DNA of 60,589 nt, filler included. It is 9 parts of 9 records of this genome, joined end to end, with 100 filler letters (N's around TTAATTAATTAA, not from the genome) between each part and the next. Parts side by side here need not be neighbours in the genome. Positions count along the whole stretch, not along the records: positions 46,495 to 54,320 come from SRR31156797_110968; positions 54,421 to 60,589 come from SRR31156797_111537; 7 more parts are not named here. One strand, given 5' to 3'. Position 1 is the stretch's first letter. Each line of letters begins with the position of its first letter. Positions 49,315 to 60,283 of the stretch are shown here, piece by piece. The notes below the pieces were generated by a model. It saw nothing but the letters and a program-made list of their open reading frames with translations, had not been told where the DNA came from and did not search any database. A program made the position numbers and the translations under genes.

Positions 49315-50229
49315 CTAGACAAACTCCCTGAGCCTCAATCCCTGGGCATAAAGAACGGCCCGGCAGATCACGCCTATCACCATTGAAGTGGTAAAAACAA
49401 CCATGTGAAGTCCCGTTGCCGCCACCAGGGATTCTGTTGCAGGATACCCGAAACAGGCAAGGGCAATAACGGCGGCCATTTCATAAGCCCCCAGGTTCCC
49501 TGGCGTGACCATGACGATGCCCGAAAGGTTTACCAGTGTCATCACCGCTGCCGCCGGTCCGGGATGGGGCATTTCAGGAAAAAAAGCGCTGAGGTAGACA
49601 TGGAAACCCGACAACAACAGGCACCATATGACCAGGGTGCCCATGAGCAACGGCAGCAAACGCTTCAATGAAACCAGGTCTGAAATTTCCTTGAAAAAGT
49701 CGGAGAAAACCACACGGCCCACGGCCATCACCAGCACCGCCGCCCCGCCGGCAATCAATATCCCTGTTTTAAATTCAATGGGAATGGGCACAATAAGGGA
49801 AAGCACCCACAAGAAAAACAGCAGCACCAGAATGTCGGCCATGCGTTCCGCCAGGATAACCCCTGACCCTTCAACGGCGGAACCGCCCTGGCGCTTCAGC
49901 CACACCACCCTGAGCAGCTCCCCTGCCCGAAACGGTGAAAGGGCGGCAAGGATGAAGCACCAGCCGAACACCGGCACGATTTTTCGCCAGGCCACCGGCT
50001 GATAGGGCTTGAGCAGCAGCCCCCAGCGAATGCTCCGCAAAATCGTGACAAGCCCGACCGTTGCGGCAAGAAACAGGGTGGCGCCCCCCTTGGCCGGATC
50101 GATCACCGCTTTCCACTGCTCCCATGCGGGAAGCTCCCTGAGCACCGCCATGGTTGAACAGGCCAGGCCGATCCAGGCGCATGCGACAGCAATGGGTTTT
50201 ACCCGCTTCCAATCGGTAAAACGGCTCAT
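49315..50229 (-). CDS. UPF0104/LPG-synthase-TM flippase-like membrane protein
   Basis: RSIRWGLLL, PFRAGELLR, ERMAD, TPGNLGAYE; ATGA overlap with GT2. Confidence 0.82.
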   Translation of the reverse strand: MSRFTDWKRVKPIAVACAWIGLACSTMAVLRELPAWEQWKAVIDPAKGGATLFLAATVGLVTILRSIRWGLLLKPYQPVAWRKIVPVFGWCFILAALSPFRAGELLRVVWLKRQGGSAVEGSGVILAERMADILVLLFFLWVLSLIVPIPIEFKTGILIAGGAAVLVMAVGRVVFSDFFKEISDLVSLKRLLPLLMGTLVIWCLLLSGFHVYLSAFFPEMPHPGPAAAVMTLVNLSGIVMVTPGNLGAYEMAAVIALACFGYPATESLVAATGLHMVVFTTSMVIGVICRAVLYAQGLRLREFV

Positions 50230-51170
50230 TTTTTTTCCACGATCCCATGGATCACCGAATTGGGCCGGTTTCGGGTCTCTTCCAGAATCCGCCACAGGTA
50301 CTCCCCGATGATGCCCAGGGAAAAGAGAATCAGCCCGCCAAAGCAGGAGATCAATATGACAATGGTACTCCAGCCCTGGATCTCGATGCCCCAGAAAAGC
50401 CGCTTGAAAAAAACGATGAACGCATAGAGAAAGGCAACGAAAGAGACGGATATGCCAAGGGTCGAGATGAATTTTACAGGCACATAGGTGAAATTGATAA
50501 AGGTATCCATGGTGAGCTTGAGTTTTTTCCCAAAGCTCCACTGGGATTTTCCGGCCCTTCGCGCCCGCCTTTGATAGGGAATGATCTCATGGTCGTACCC
50601 GAGCCAGAAGATCAAGGGAAAAACAACCGGGTTTTTCTCGTTGATGCGGTTCAACTGCTCCCGGACGTCCCTGTCAAACAGGCAAAAGTCAAAACCGCCC
50701 ACGGGAAAATCCTCGATGGCATACTTGCGGAGCAGACGCCAGTAAAGGGTGGAAAACAGGGTCATGACCCCCTTGTCATCCCGTCCTTTTCTCTCCGCGA
50801 TCACAAGCTTGGTCCCCTTTTCCCACAGGGCGATCATCTCAAGAAACAGTTCCGGAGGATCCTGGAGATCGGCTGAGATTATGCCGGTGCAATCCCCCGT
50901 GGCAACGCTCAATCCCGCCAGGATAGCCTTGTTCTGCCCGAAATTCCGGGTCAGTTTTACGATCCTGATCCTGTCCGGGCGCTGCCGGTGGTGGCGGACC
51001 AGGCAATCGTAGGAGCCGTCCGTGGAGCCGTCATCCACAAAGACCAGCTCGAGCTCATAGGGGCCAAGGCGCTTTTCAAGGAGTAAAAGCTCGGGGATTG
51101 TCCGGTCAAGGCTCTCTGCGTTCTGGAACACCGGCACGACAATGGAAAAACGTTTTTTATCTTTTTCCAT
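50226..51170 (-). CDS. GtrB-like GT2 undecaprenyl-phosphate glycosyltransferase
   Basis: VDDGSTDGS, LTRNFGQ, SADLQDPP, RRAGKSQWS, two C-terminal TMs, LGIIGEYLWR. Confidence 0.9.
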   Translation of the reverse strand: MEKDKKRFSIVVPVFQNAESLDRTIPELLLLEKRLGPYELELVFVDDGSTDGSYDCLVRHHRQRPDRIRIVKLTRNFGQNKAILAGLSVATGDCTGIISADLQDPPELFLEMIALWEKGTKLVIAERKGRDDKGVMTLFSTLYWRLLRKYAIEDFPVGGFDFCLFDRDVREQLNRINEKNPVVFPLIFWLGYDHEIIPYQRRARRAGKSQWSFGKKLKLTMDTFINFTYVPVKFISTLGISVSFVAFLYAFIVFFKRLFWGIEIQGWSTIVILISCFGGLILFSLGIIGEYLWRILEETRNRPNSVIHGIVEKK

Positions 51171-51874
51171 CAGCACACCCGTTCCGGAGCGATCCGGCTT
51201 TTCAGGTGGGCGGCAGCGTCGAGTCCGCAATTAAAGAGCAGGTCGAGGATGGACAGGTTCGGGTCCCCCCCTTGATAAAGCTGGGGATAGGTTCCATAGT
51301 CATACACCTTGTACAACAGGGAGATCCCCTTTTCCCGAAACTTTTCCGTCTCAATGTAATTTTTCGCCAAAGGCCCCGACAGATAGGAATCCGCGCCGGC
51401 CTTTTCCAGGAGATCGATGAGCCTGTCAGTCTTGGATCCCTTCGGACTGAATTCAGAGGAAAGCCGGATCCGGGTGGTGATACCGAGCTTGTCGGCCGCC
51501 CACTTGAGCAGATGAATATTGAGCTGGGATATGGTTTCAAACCCCATTGTGAACCCCTCGACAAATTCCTCATATATCGGGTGAAAAAACGGAGCCCGGC
51601 AATAGTTTTCCTTCACCAGGTTCCTGATCCTGCGGATCTGTTTGGAAGCGTAATCAATGGGCGTCTCGCAGATGAGCTGATGATGGTCTCCGTACTTGAC
51701 GGGAACGGTAATCCACCGGGAGCCGACCGGCGTTTGTATCCGGTTCCGGTTTCGCCAGTCCCCTTTGGTGTATTGAAGATCGTCGTGGATGATAAACAGA
51801 TCCACATCATCCATGAGGTCAAAATACCCCCTCCAGGGGATGAAATTTGACTGAATTACGCCGACGATCATCAC
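51170..51874 (-). CDS. WbqC family protein
   Basis: QSNFIPWRGYFD, DDLQYTKGDWRNRNRI, WITVPV, YLSG, LSILDLLFN. Confidence 0.9.
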   Translation of the reverse strand: MMIVGVIQSNFIPWRGYFDLMDDVDLFIIHDDLQYTKGDWRNRNRIQTPVGSRWITVPVKYGDHHQLICETPIDYASKQIRRIRNLVKENYCRAPFFHPIYEEFVEGFTMGFETISQLNIHLLKWAADKLGITTRIRLSSEFSPKGSKTDRLIDLLEKAGADSYLSGPLAKNYIETEKFREKGISLLYKVYDYGTYPQLYQGGDPNLSILDLLFNCGLDAAAHLKSRIAPERVC

Positions 51875-52638
51875 TCGACCTCGATATATGCTGCGGGATT
51901 GCTGTGCCAGGTAAACTTTTTGACCCTGGGCACGGAGCCTGTTGTTTTCAGGAAATACTCGTCAACAGCCGTTGTCTCCCCTGAGAAATGGTTATCCCCG
52001 TACTGGTCAAGGATGATGATTCCTCCTTTGACCATGCAGGGCACCAGGTGTTCAAGGGCGGTTTTCGTGGGCGCAAACAGGTCAAGATCCAGGTTCAGCA
52101 GGGCGATTTTCAACCCCTTTCCCCTGGCCTGAACAAACTCAGGAACGGTCAGGCTCACATCACCCTGGATAAACTCGATGCGGTCGATATGACTTATGTG
52201 CTTATCCTGGTTCATTGCGACCTGGGCCGTTTCAAGGTCTTTGCGAATTCCGGTGCAGGCTTTATAGCCTCCGGGTTCCAGCCCCACCTGGTGATTCTCC
52301 GGTCCGTCCTCACTGGATAAGCCGACAAATCCCTCAAAAGTGTCAAACGCAAACACCTTTTTCTTGACATCGGTGGGACAGAAAATTTCGCATAGCTTTG
52401 CCCAGGTAAAGGTGGATCCTCCCTGGAACACCCCCAGGTCCAGGATCACCCCCGGCAGCTCGACGATTTTTTTAAACAGCTCATAATGGGCCAGGAACCG
52501 GGCAAGGTTGAGCCGAGGGGTAAACACCGGAAAATTCCTGAACATCTCAAACTGGGATAGCTCGGTATCCTTGAAGATGGTCTCAAGCACCTCCCTCTGG
52601 TTCCGTTCAGGTTCATGCCGCAACGATAGATCTGCCAT
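51871..52638 (-). CDS. TylF/MycF-like class I SAM-dependent methyltransferase
   Basis: LGVFQGGS, FDTFEGF, GDVSLTVP, LDLDLFAPT, GGIIILD. Confidence 0.82.
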   Translation of the reverse strand: MADLSLRHEPERNQREVLETIFKDTELSQFEMFRNFPVFTPRLNLARFLAHYELFKKIVELPGVILDLGVFQGGSTFTWAKLCEIFCPTDVKKKVFAFDTFEGFVGLSSEDGPENHQVGLEPGGYKACTGIRKDLETAQVAMNQDKHISHIDRIEFIQGDVSLTVPEFVQARGKGLKIALLNLDLDLFAPTKTALEHLVPCMVKGGIIILDQYGDNHFSGETTAVDEYFLKTTGSVPRVKKFTWHSNPAAYIEVE

Positions 52639-52647
52639 AACAACTCC

Positions 52648-53628
52648 TTATCCGCAGGATGGTTTGCTGAACTCTGACATCATGCTGGAATAGCTCCTGC
52701 CCTGGTGGGGCCACCGGGTCTGCCGCCAGTCCTTACATTTCCTGCAAAGTTCAACACCGGAAAAATCATTCTCAAGATGGGCTGAGCGCACAGCCGCCAT
52801 AAATTCGCCCGTCCAGGCCCGGCTGATGGTCGTATGCCTGAAATCAGCCACCCTTGACCCATGGACCCAATCCTGGGGACAATAGTAAAGATACCCGTCC
52901 ACCCCCAGGGAAAGCCGCTCCCATGGGTAGAGGCAGGGATAGCGTTCTTCGTCCGGAGCGGCCCCGGTGTCCTCCCGGGCGCCGGCGGCCGTATGAAGGC
53001 GCCGTATCACCACAAAATCACACCCCTGGTCCTGCCAGAACGCTTTGAAATCTTCGGCTTCAAGGCTGTTTTCGGCCTGCTCGACAAAACTTGTCACCAC
53101 CCGGGTCTTGAAACCGCCCTTTTTCCTCAATGCCAACAGGGTCTGCACATTGGATTTCGTGGTTTCAAGATTACCGCCCCTGCGAATGGCTGAATAGGTT
53201 TCGGGCAAAAACGCGTCCATGCTGATATCGATGACATCCGTGCCGGCTTCAAGGAGGTTCAGGGAATAGGACGCATCCATGAGGGTGCCGTTTGTGGTCA
53301 CATTCACCTGCACCCCGGTGGCCTTTTTCGCATACCGGACAAAATCGACCAGCCCGGGGTGCAGCAGGGTCTCGCCCTGGCCCGTATACCGGACATACCT
53401 GCAGCAATCGCTGCCCTGGCCGGCGATCTCATCAATGAGCTTATGGTGAAGCGCCTTGTCGAGGAATCCTTTGTTAAGCCGGTTTTCCTTTTTAAGGGAG
53501 GAATGGGGACAGTGGACGCAGGCAAGGTTGCAGTTTTCCGTCACATCCACCACCAGCTGGGAAGGAAATTCGGACGTCAAATGCCCTTGAAAATCAAACA
53601 GATCATGATTGCTTGCAGATGTCGTCAT
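52648..53628 (-). CDS. Radical SAM protein with SPASM/twitch domain
   Basis: CNLACVHC, GETLLHP, TTNG; C-terminal CLYPW..CPQDW..CRKC. Confidence 0.9.
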   Translation of the reverse strand: MTTSASNHDLFDFQGHLTSEFPSQLVVDVTENCNLACVHCPHSSLKKENRLNKGFLDKALHHKLIDEIAGQGSDCCRYVRYTGQGETLLHPGLVDFVRYAKKATGVQVNVTTNGTLMDASYSLNLLEAGTDVIDISMDAFLPETYSAIRRGGNLETTKSNVQTLLALRKKGGFKTRVVTSFVEQAENSLEAEDFKAFWQDQGCDFVVIRRLHTAAGAREDTGAAPDEERYPCLYPWERLSLGVDGYLYYCPQDWVHGSRVADFRHTTISRAWTGEFMAAVRSAHLENDFSGVELCRKCKDWRQTRWPHQGRSYSSMMSEFSKPSCG

Positions 53629-53629
53629 T

Positions 53630-54320
53630 TTAATTTTTCTCAAAAAAGTTTACTAGGGTTTGAGCAATGAACGCTTGGGTCTCCGAAGTGATCGTATTGT
53701 AGAAAGGCAGCCGGACGATTCGTCCGGCAACGTCCTCGGTGACCTTGAGGCGCTGATCGATGCCCAGGCTTTTGGCATAGGGAGAACCGTGGAGCGGAAC
53801 ATAGTGGAACACGGCGCCGATGCCATGGCTGCGAAGATAGCTCAACAGGCTTTCCTGGGTGGCGGCATCCGGAGTCAAAAGGTAGAACATGTGATAATTG
53901 GTGGTGCCGTCCTTGGGAAGCCCGGGCAGGGAGATCCCTTTCTTCCGGGCAAGGGGTGCCAGGAGCTCCTGGTAACGGTTGAATATCCGCCGCCGCAGGG
54001 CCAGTATCGTTTCCTGCTTCTCCAGCTGCCCGTATAAAAATGCGGCGGTCAGCTCACTTGGCAGAAACGACGACCCCACATCCACCCAGGTGTATTTATC
54101 CACTTCCCCCCGGAAAAACTGGGACCGGTTTGTCCCCTTTTCCCAGAGGATCTCGGCCCGCTGCACATGGTCCCTGCGGTTTACTAGAAGGGCGCCCCCC
54201 TCGCCGCAGATAAAATTCTTGGTTTCATGAAAGCTGAACACCCCGAAATCCCCCCAGGTGCCGAGATACCGGTCCTTATGGGTGGAGAGATAAGCATGGG
54301 CGGCATCTTCCACCACAAAA
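53630..54320 (-). CDS. wecE: dTDP-4-amino-4,6-dideoxygalactose transaminase (5' truncated)
   Basis: VEDAAHA, FSFHETKN..GEGG, EKGTNRSQFFRGEVDKYTWVDVGSS, VFHYVPLH. Confidence 0.92.
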
Positions 54321-54420
54321 NNNNNNNNNNNNNNNNNNNNNNNNNNNNNNNNNNNNNNNNNNNNTTAATTAATTAANNNNNNNNNNNNNNNNNNNNNNNN
54401 NNNNNNNNNNNNNNNNNNNN
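54321..54420. other. Artificial contig spacer
   Basis: N44-TTAATTAATTAA-N44. Confidence 0.98.
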
Positions 54421-57400
54421 CGATCGTAACGGGAAACCTCGGTAGCCACCACAATGGCATCCTGGAAAAGGAGCAGAGCATCGCTGTAGGCTTTTCGGTC
54501 AAATGCGGCCCGTCCGGATTTGACGTAGCGGGCAAAATTCTTTTTCGCATGATTCGCTGCCTGTCTCTTCGTCATGCCGCGATAACCAAGCAGAAGGCTT
54601 TTCGACCGGCAGACCTCTGTTCCCGCACAAGGTTCTTCGTCCGATTTTTCCCGATGATACGCCTTTTCTGCAGCAAGAAGTGCCTCGATGCTGGACACCT
54701 CGGTATAGGCCTCGAGGAGATTGGATACCAACGGAATCAGATGTTCCCTTTCGTCCAGGAAGATTACCGTCGGACATCCGAAAATGGCAAAAAGATGGCC
54801 GGTTTTATAGAGCGGATCCCCTTCACAGCCCTTTACAATGGAAAGGGACAGATTGTCCGTGTTTGCCAGTACGGTTTCAAGACGCACTGTTTGGCCGCCA
54901 TCCAGGGAAACACCGATTCGTTCTACGGCTAAATTTTCGGGTCTTGTGGGAATTGTGGTGGTTGCTGAAGGCCCGTTTGCAACCCATAGGGTGTTTACTT
55001 GAAAAAGGGAAGAGGGCAGGCCGTTCGGGTCCTTTCCCGCTCCGTTGAACAACAGCGAATAGCCGGCAGGGACCGTTTCGAACGATTTCGTTTCAGCAAG
55101 GATGCCCAACTTTCCTTTAAAGGGTTTCCGATTGTTGATGCACTGTTTCAGATGGGTGAGACTCAATGCGTAGGGGTAGGAAGGGCCGAAACCAAGCGCC
55201 TGCGGTTCCTCGAAAACAAGGGTTGGCGTTGTCCAGTCGATGGTTTCATCGATCTTTTTTTTGAGCCCGGTGGGGGTTTCGGCTGAAACGGCCCAAATCT
55301 CTTCCCTTGTGAGCAAAAAGGCCGTATAGGCGTCAGTTTGGCTGTGACGAAAAATTCTTGCTACGGCCTCATTTTCCGCCAATAGAGAGGAGAGGTCCAT
55401 GACATCGAAGGGCTCCGGGGAGAGCAAGGAGAGAAAATCGGGGGGACTGGTCACAGGTTTTTCGTACATCGCCTGGCGGCTGGTCTGCTGGTAGCGCTTG
55501 ACCAGCTTGTCATAGGTGCTGGACAGCCGGTTTTCCAGGGTTCTTTTCTTTTCACTGTCACGTGCCGAGTCCATCAGATCGATACGAACCGTCGCCAACT
55601 CTTCTGCGGTCTGCTCGATGCGTTGGGAAAGGGCTGCCAGCTGGATCGCTGTCGATCGAGTCTTCGGGTTTTTGATGCTCCGGTACAGTCCAGGGAGATT
55701 TTCGTCATCTTCACCCAATTGGCGGGACAGCAGCTCTTTTTCATCCGCAAGGCGTTTTTCAATAAACGGACGCCGGTCAGAATCGGCCCTCGCCACTTCA
55801 GCTTCCAACCCTGCAATGGTCTCCATCCTCGCGTACAAACCGTAGAAAAACCTTTTTTCACCGGCGTCTTCCTGTTGAGCAAAGGCGGCGGTCCGGTTGA
55901 AACGTTCAAGTTCAGCCAGCTTCTCGGTAAGGTTCAATGCCGATTCGACCTGTTTTTGCGTGAGTTTTTCCGCAACCAACGGTGCAAATGCACCAAGGAT
56001 TTCCATGGGCGCACATCCCGACCGATAAAAGGGTACGGCCTCCAATGTGCTCAGCGCTGAATCATACGCTTGCAGCCCGGATAACGACCGCCATTTGAGG
56101 TCCGGAAAAACACCGGCCTCAGCAGACGCAATGGCTTTGTGGAAATGGTTTTGCGCGACCGCTGCATCCCCCAAACGCCTGGCGGCTTGAGCCATGTTCA
56201 GATAGAGACGGGCCGCCGTTTCAACATCGGTTCTTTTTTTCCTCGCGGCAATACCTTCGTAAAGGGTGACCCCCCTTGAGAAGTGTGCGATCGCTTTTTC
56301 CTGGAACTGTAATTTTTCAACGGTCCGTTCCGGCGATGTCGAGAAACCGTCAACACGGTCTGCGCATTGAAAATAGAAGACACCGAGTTGATTGTAGGTT
56401 CGCATCAACAAACCTGCGCCGATGGCACTTTGTTTGTCTGCAAGAAGCGATACCGTCTGTCGGCCGATGGTAAGGAGGATGTCTCGCCTATCGTTCGACC
56501 ACAGGGGGGCATCGGTTTGAAAAAGCATCTTTTGGGCAACCGATGTCAGATTGGTAAGATTCGCGGCCGTACTCACGGGATTTTCAAGCCTCAGACAAAG
56601 GCGTGTGGAAAAGGTGAAATAGGCGAAGGCGCTCTCCAGGTCACCGGTTCCGCTGGCCAACAGACCGGCGCGATGAAACAACAAGGAGACGCCGTACAAA
56701 TCTTCTTCGTTAACTCCATCCGGTGAAGAATAGGCCGCGATCTGCTTTTCAAGCTCCTTTTTGGAAAGTGACAAATAGCCAAGTTCCAGGGCGATTCTGG
56801 AAATGAAGGTTTCAGCAAGCCTTTTTTCCTGGTCCTTTGTAAAACCCCAGGCTGCCTGGGTCGCAGTTGCGGCGTTGAAGGAGGTGGAGATGGAGATGTC
56901 CAACAGTCCGTTTTTTTCCTCCTCGGTTTGTTCCGGAACGCCGTATTGTTCGAGGAGCAGAAGCACGTGTTCAAAGTCATCCGAAGATATCTTCAAAAGA
57001 CGTTTTCGCTGTTCGCCGGTACGATTTTCAGCCAGACGATAGGTGGCGTAGGCAACGGATCTGCGGTTGCGGGGCAGGTTCTCGACATTTCCCTTTCTTT
57101 GATTGATGGAAAACGCCCTCTCGAAGGTTGCGGAGGCCTTCTCCCACTCTTGATCCAACTGGTAGACCAGGGCCAGGCGGTCCAACATCTCCGCCTTCAG
57201 GTCGATCAATCGTTCGGGGAGATCAATGGCACCCTGAATCTTGCGGGAAAGATCGGAAAGTTTCTGGCGTGCGTCGGCGATCGGCTGTCCGCCAGGTATT
57301 CGTTCTATGTCGGAATTGTAGCTGCCTGCCAGTTTTACCGCCGCTTTGTTGATCGCCTCCTGATGTTGCATGAAGCGGGTCATATCCGTTTTGTACCGTT

Positions 57401-60275
57401 GCCACTGCATGGAAGGCGGTGCCATGACGTCTGCGGTCAGTGAGGCGGCTTTCAGATTCTGAGCGGACTGTTTCTCCGATAGGGCCTCTGCTTTTTCTCT
57501 TACCGTCTTGAATTGTAGCGACGGGTCCAGAATGCGGTCTTTCAGATACCGATTCAAGCGGTCATAGTTTTTTGAGGCGGCCAACGGATCCATGAGGGCA
57601 TCGATTTGTTCAATGGCGGAGCGAAAAGCGGCAGCCGCACTTTGGTTGTCATCGTTTTGAAAAGCACTCTCACCCCATCGTTTGTAAAACACGATCTCCG
57701 TATTCGGGTCCTGAAACAAGAGTTGCCTTTGATGGCGATCTGAATAGAAATCAAAGGCTTTGCCATACTGGCCCATCAGGTAGTAGAGATTGCCCAGGTT
57801 AAGTTCCAGATTCGCCGCATTTTCAGGATTTGTATCCGGGTCGTTTAAAAAATAGGCTTTTTGATAGGAGATCAGCGCAAGTTCCAATTGGTTTTTCTTC
57901 TCATATACCGTCTCCGATACTTCGTATGCATATCCGAGGGTCTGATGGAAATATTCGATAGTGCCATTGAGCAAAATGGCCTTTTCCATATTTTCTTTCG
58001 CAGCTTCGATGGCTTTACCCGTTGGCCGATAGGTCAGACACAGGCCGGTACAATACAACCAGACGGGATTGAGCGGTTCCGCGTCCCTTTTGTTTTTGTA
58101 CCGGGCCAGAACCGTCTCCAACTCCCCAGAAGCAACCGCGCATTTGATGATTCCGCGATGGGCCTCTACAATTGAATCGTCGTAATCCAGCAATTCGTTG
58201 AACAGGCCGCGGGCAGTCGAAACTTCGCCCAGACGGTAATGGAATTCACCTGCGGATACCTTTTTACGGATATATCCTTCCCTGGCCAACTGATAGATCC
58301 GGTCGGCTGAATCGCGAAGGGTGATCTCCTGTTCATAGAGGTTGACCGCTTTTCGAAACGCCTCCTGGCGATAAAAGATTTCCGCTAAGGATAGACGTGC
58401 GGCCGCTGTTTGCGTGGTCAAGACAGGGTAGGTTTCCAGGACGTTTTCAAAGACAGCTTTTGCCTGGTCCCATTCGCGCTCGCGGTAATACAGATCACCG
58501 ATCCGGTTCAACGCACCCATGGAAAGAAGAGGCGCCGTTTCCCTGTTGTTGGCCGCCAATTGGTTCAATCGGCGGATCTTTTCATCCCGGTCGGTATTCG
58601 AAAGCCGGGTCAGCGTGTGATCGATGATTTCCTCCACGGCCCGGTCAACCCAAATCCTTTCTTCCGGGTAGTCAACGATGATCCTGCGAAGGCGTTCGAT
58701 GGTTTGATTGTCAATGTTGGCGTTTTTATAGATTTCAGCCTGAAGGAATAACGCATGCGCCTTCCGTTCATTGTCGGACAAGGAATCCGACAGCACCTCG
58801 TCCAGCAAAGAGACGGCGTTGGCTGTCGATTCCGCTCCCGAGACTCTCTTGAGAAGAAGGGTGGCCGCCTCAATCCGGGCTTCCGCCGATACGACACCGT
58901 CATTGTCTCGGATGATTTTCTGGAGGCGTTCAAGGTTTTGGGCGAATCGCAAATTCAGTTCGGTTTCCGATGCAGTCGCCATTGCGATCTCAATATCAAG
59001 GCCAGTTTTCCGGATTTCAGCAAAAATGGATTCAGGTACGACACCCGGGTAGGCTGTTCGTATTTGGTCGAAGGCCTTAAAAGCGGGTGTGGGAAGGTCC
59101 AACGACTGCAAAATGAGGGCGGCGCGATAGCCGGCTATGGCGGACGTCGCCGCATCCTCGGGATAGGATTCGATTACCCGGCCAAATGCGAGAAGAGAGA
59201 GATAAGGATCATAGGGGATCCGATCGGAGATGGTATTGGCAACGGCGAGTTGCCGTTCCGGAGTCTCGACGTTTCTAATCCATCCGCTTTCGGGAAGCAT
59301 CCAGCAATTGCTGATACCGCCCCTGTTGGAAAGAAAATAGAGATGATCCGCGCTCGTGTAGGGCTTGTACGCTATCTGATTCAGGGGCGTGACCGGGTAT
59401 GCCGGATAAACTGCAGGAGCGTTTCCATCAACCCTGATTCTGTAGATGCTGGATGGGTCATCGCTATCGATTCTGTTGTCCTGATTGATGTCGATACCGA
59501 TTCTGGAAAAATAGAGGGTTCGGCTGTCTTTATGCCACACTGGAAACATGTCAATGGCCGGTCCGTCGGTAACCTGGCGAACAGTCCCGTCTTTTCTGTC
59601 CAATACAAAGAGATCGCCGGATGAATTCTTCCTGTTGGAAACAAAGGCGATTCTTTTAAGGTCCGGTGAGAGGTTGCAATAAGATGCGTCTCCGCCTGTG
59701 TCGACCGTCACCGGCTTTTTGGCTGGATTTTTTAGATCCAGATAAACCAGGCTTCTCGGGCCGTATCCGATCGACTGGTGAAAATAGAGAAAACGCGCAT
59801 TCGCGGAAAAACAGGGGCCTCCGTCTTCGGTCTCTCTTCCCGTCAATCGCACGGGGTTTGAATCCGAGAGTTTACGGTCGATCAGATAAATGTCGCCTTT
59901 GACGTCGTTGTCCGTATCCACATAGGCGATGAAACGTCCATGGGTCGAAACCGCAGGTGATGATTTGACGGAGGGGCCGCCGACTCGTTTTTCCGGATAG
60001 GTGATGCGTTCCGGATTGGCAGATGCCAACCACAAGGTGGTCGGTCTCTCCTCTCCACTGACATATACGATCGTCTCACCGTCAGTGGAGACGGCCATAT
60101 CCAGGACATCATCGACCCGGGAGGTGATCTGGACCGGCCGGTTCACCCATCTTTCACCGGGTTGGTTCGCCTTCGCTTCCAACAGCCAAACCATGAAAAG
60201 AAGGAGCGAAACCACAAACAGATAAACGAAATGCTTCCCGTACGGGGTTCGGGCGAAGCACAACTGTGATGTCAT
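54421..60275 (-). CDS. Giant exported protein: TolB-like (PD40) beta-propeller + TPR array + CHAT-like region (3' truncated, >1950 aa)
   Basis: AGGAGG RBS; signal peptide ending AKA; six propeller blades (VSTDGETIVYVS, LSPDLKRIAFVS, WHKDSRTLYFS..); many TPRs; CHAT-like segment near 54580-55450. Confidence 0.8.
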
Positions 60276-60283
60276 GACGCCTC

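Noticed and set aside
6481-54420. Eight regularly spaced TTAATTAATTAA repeats
   Set aside because: Each sits in an identical N44/N44 pad and separates sequences of different composition and apparent taxonomy. They are assembly linkers, not a biological repeat or CRISPR array.
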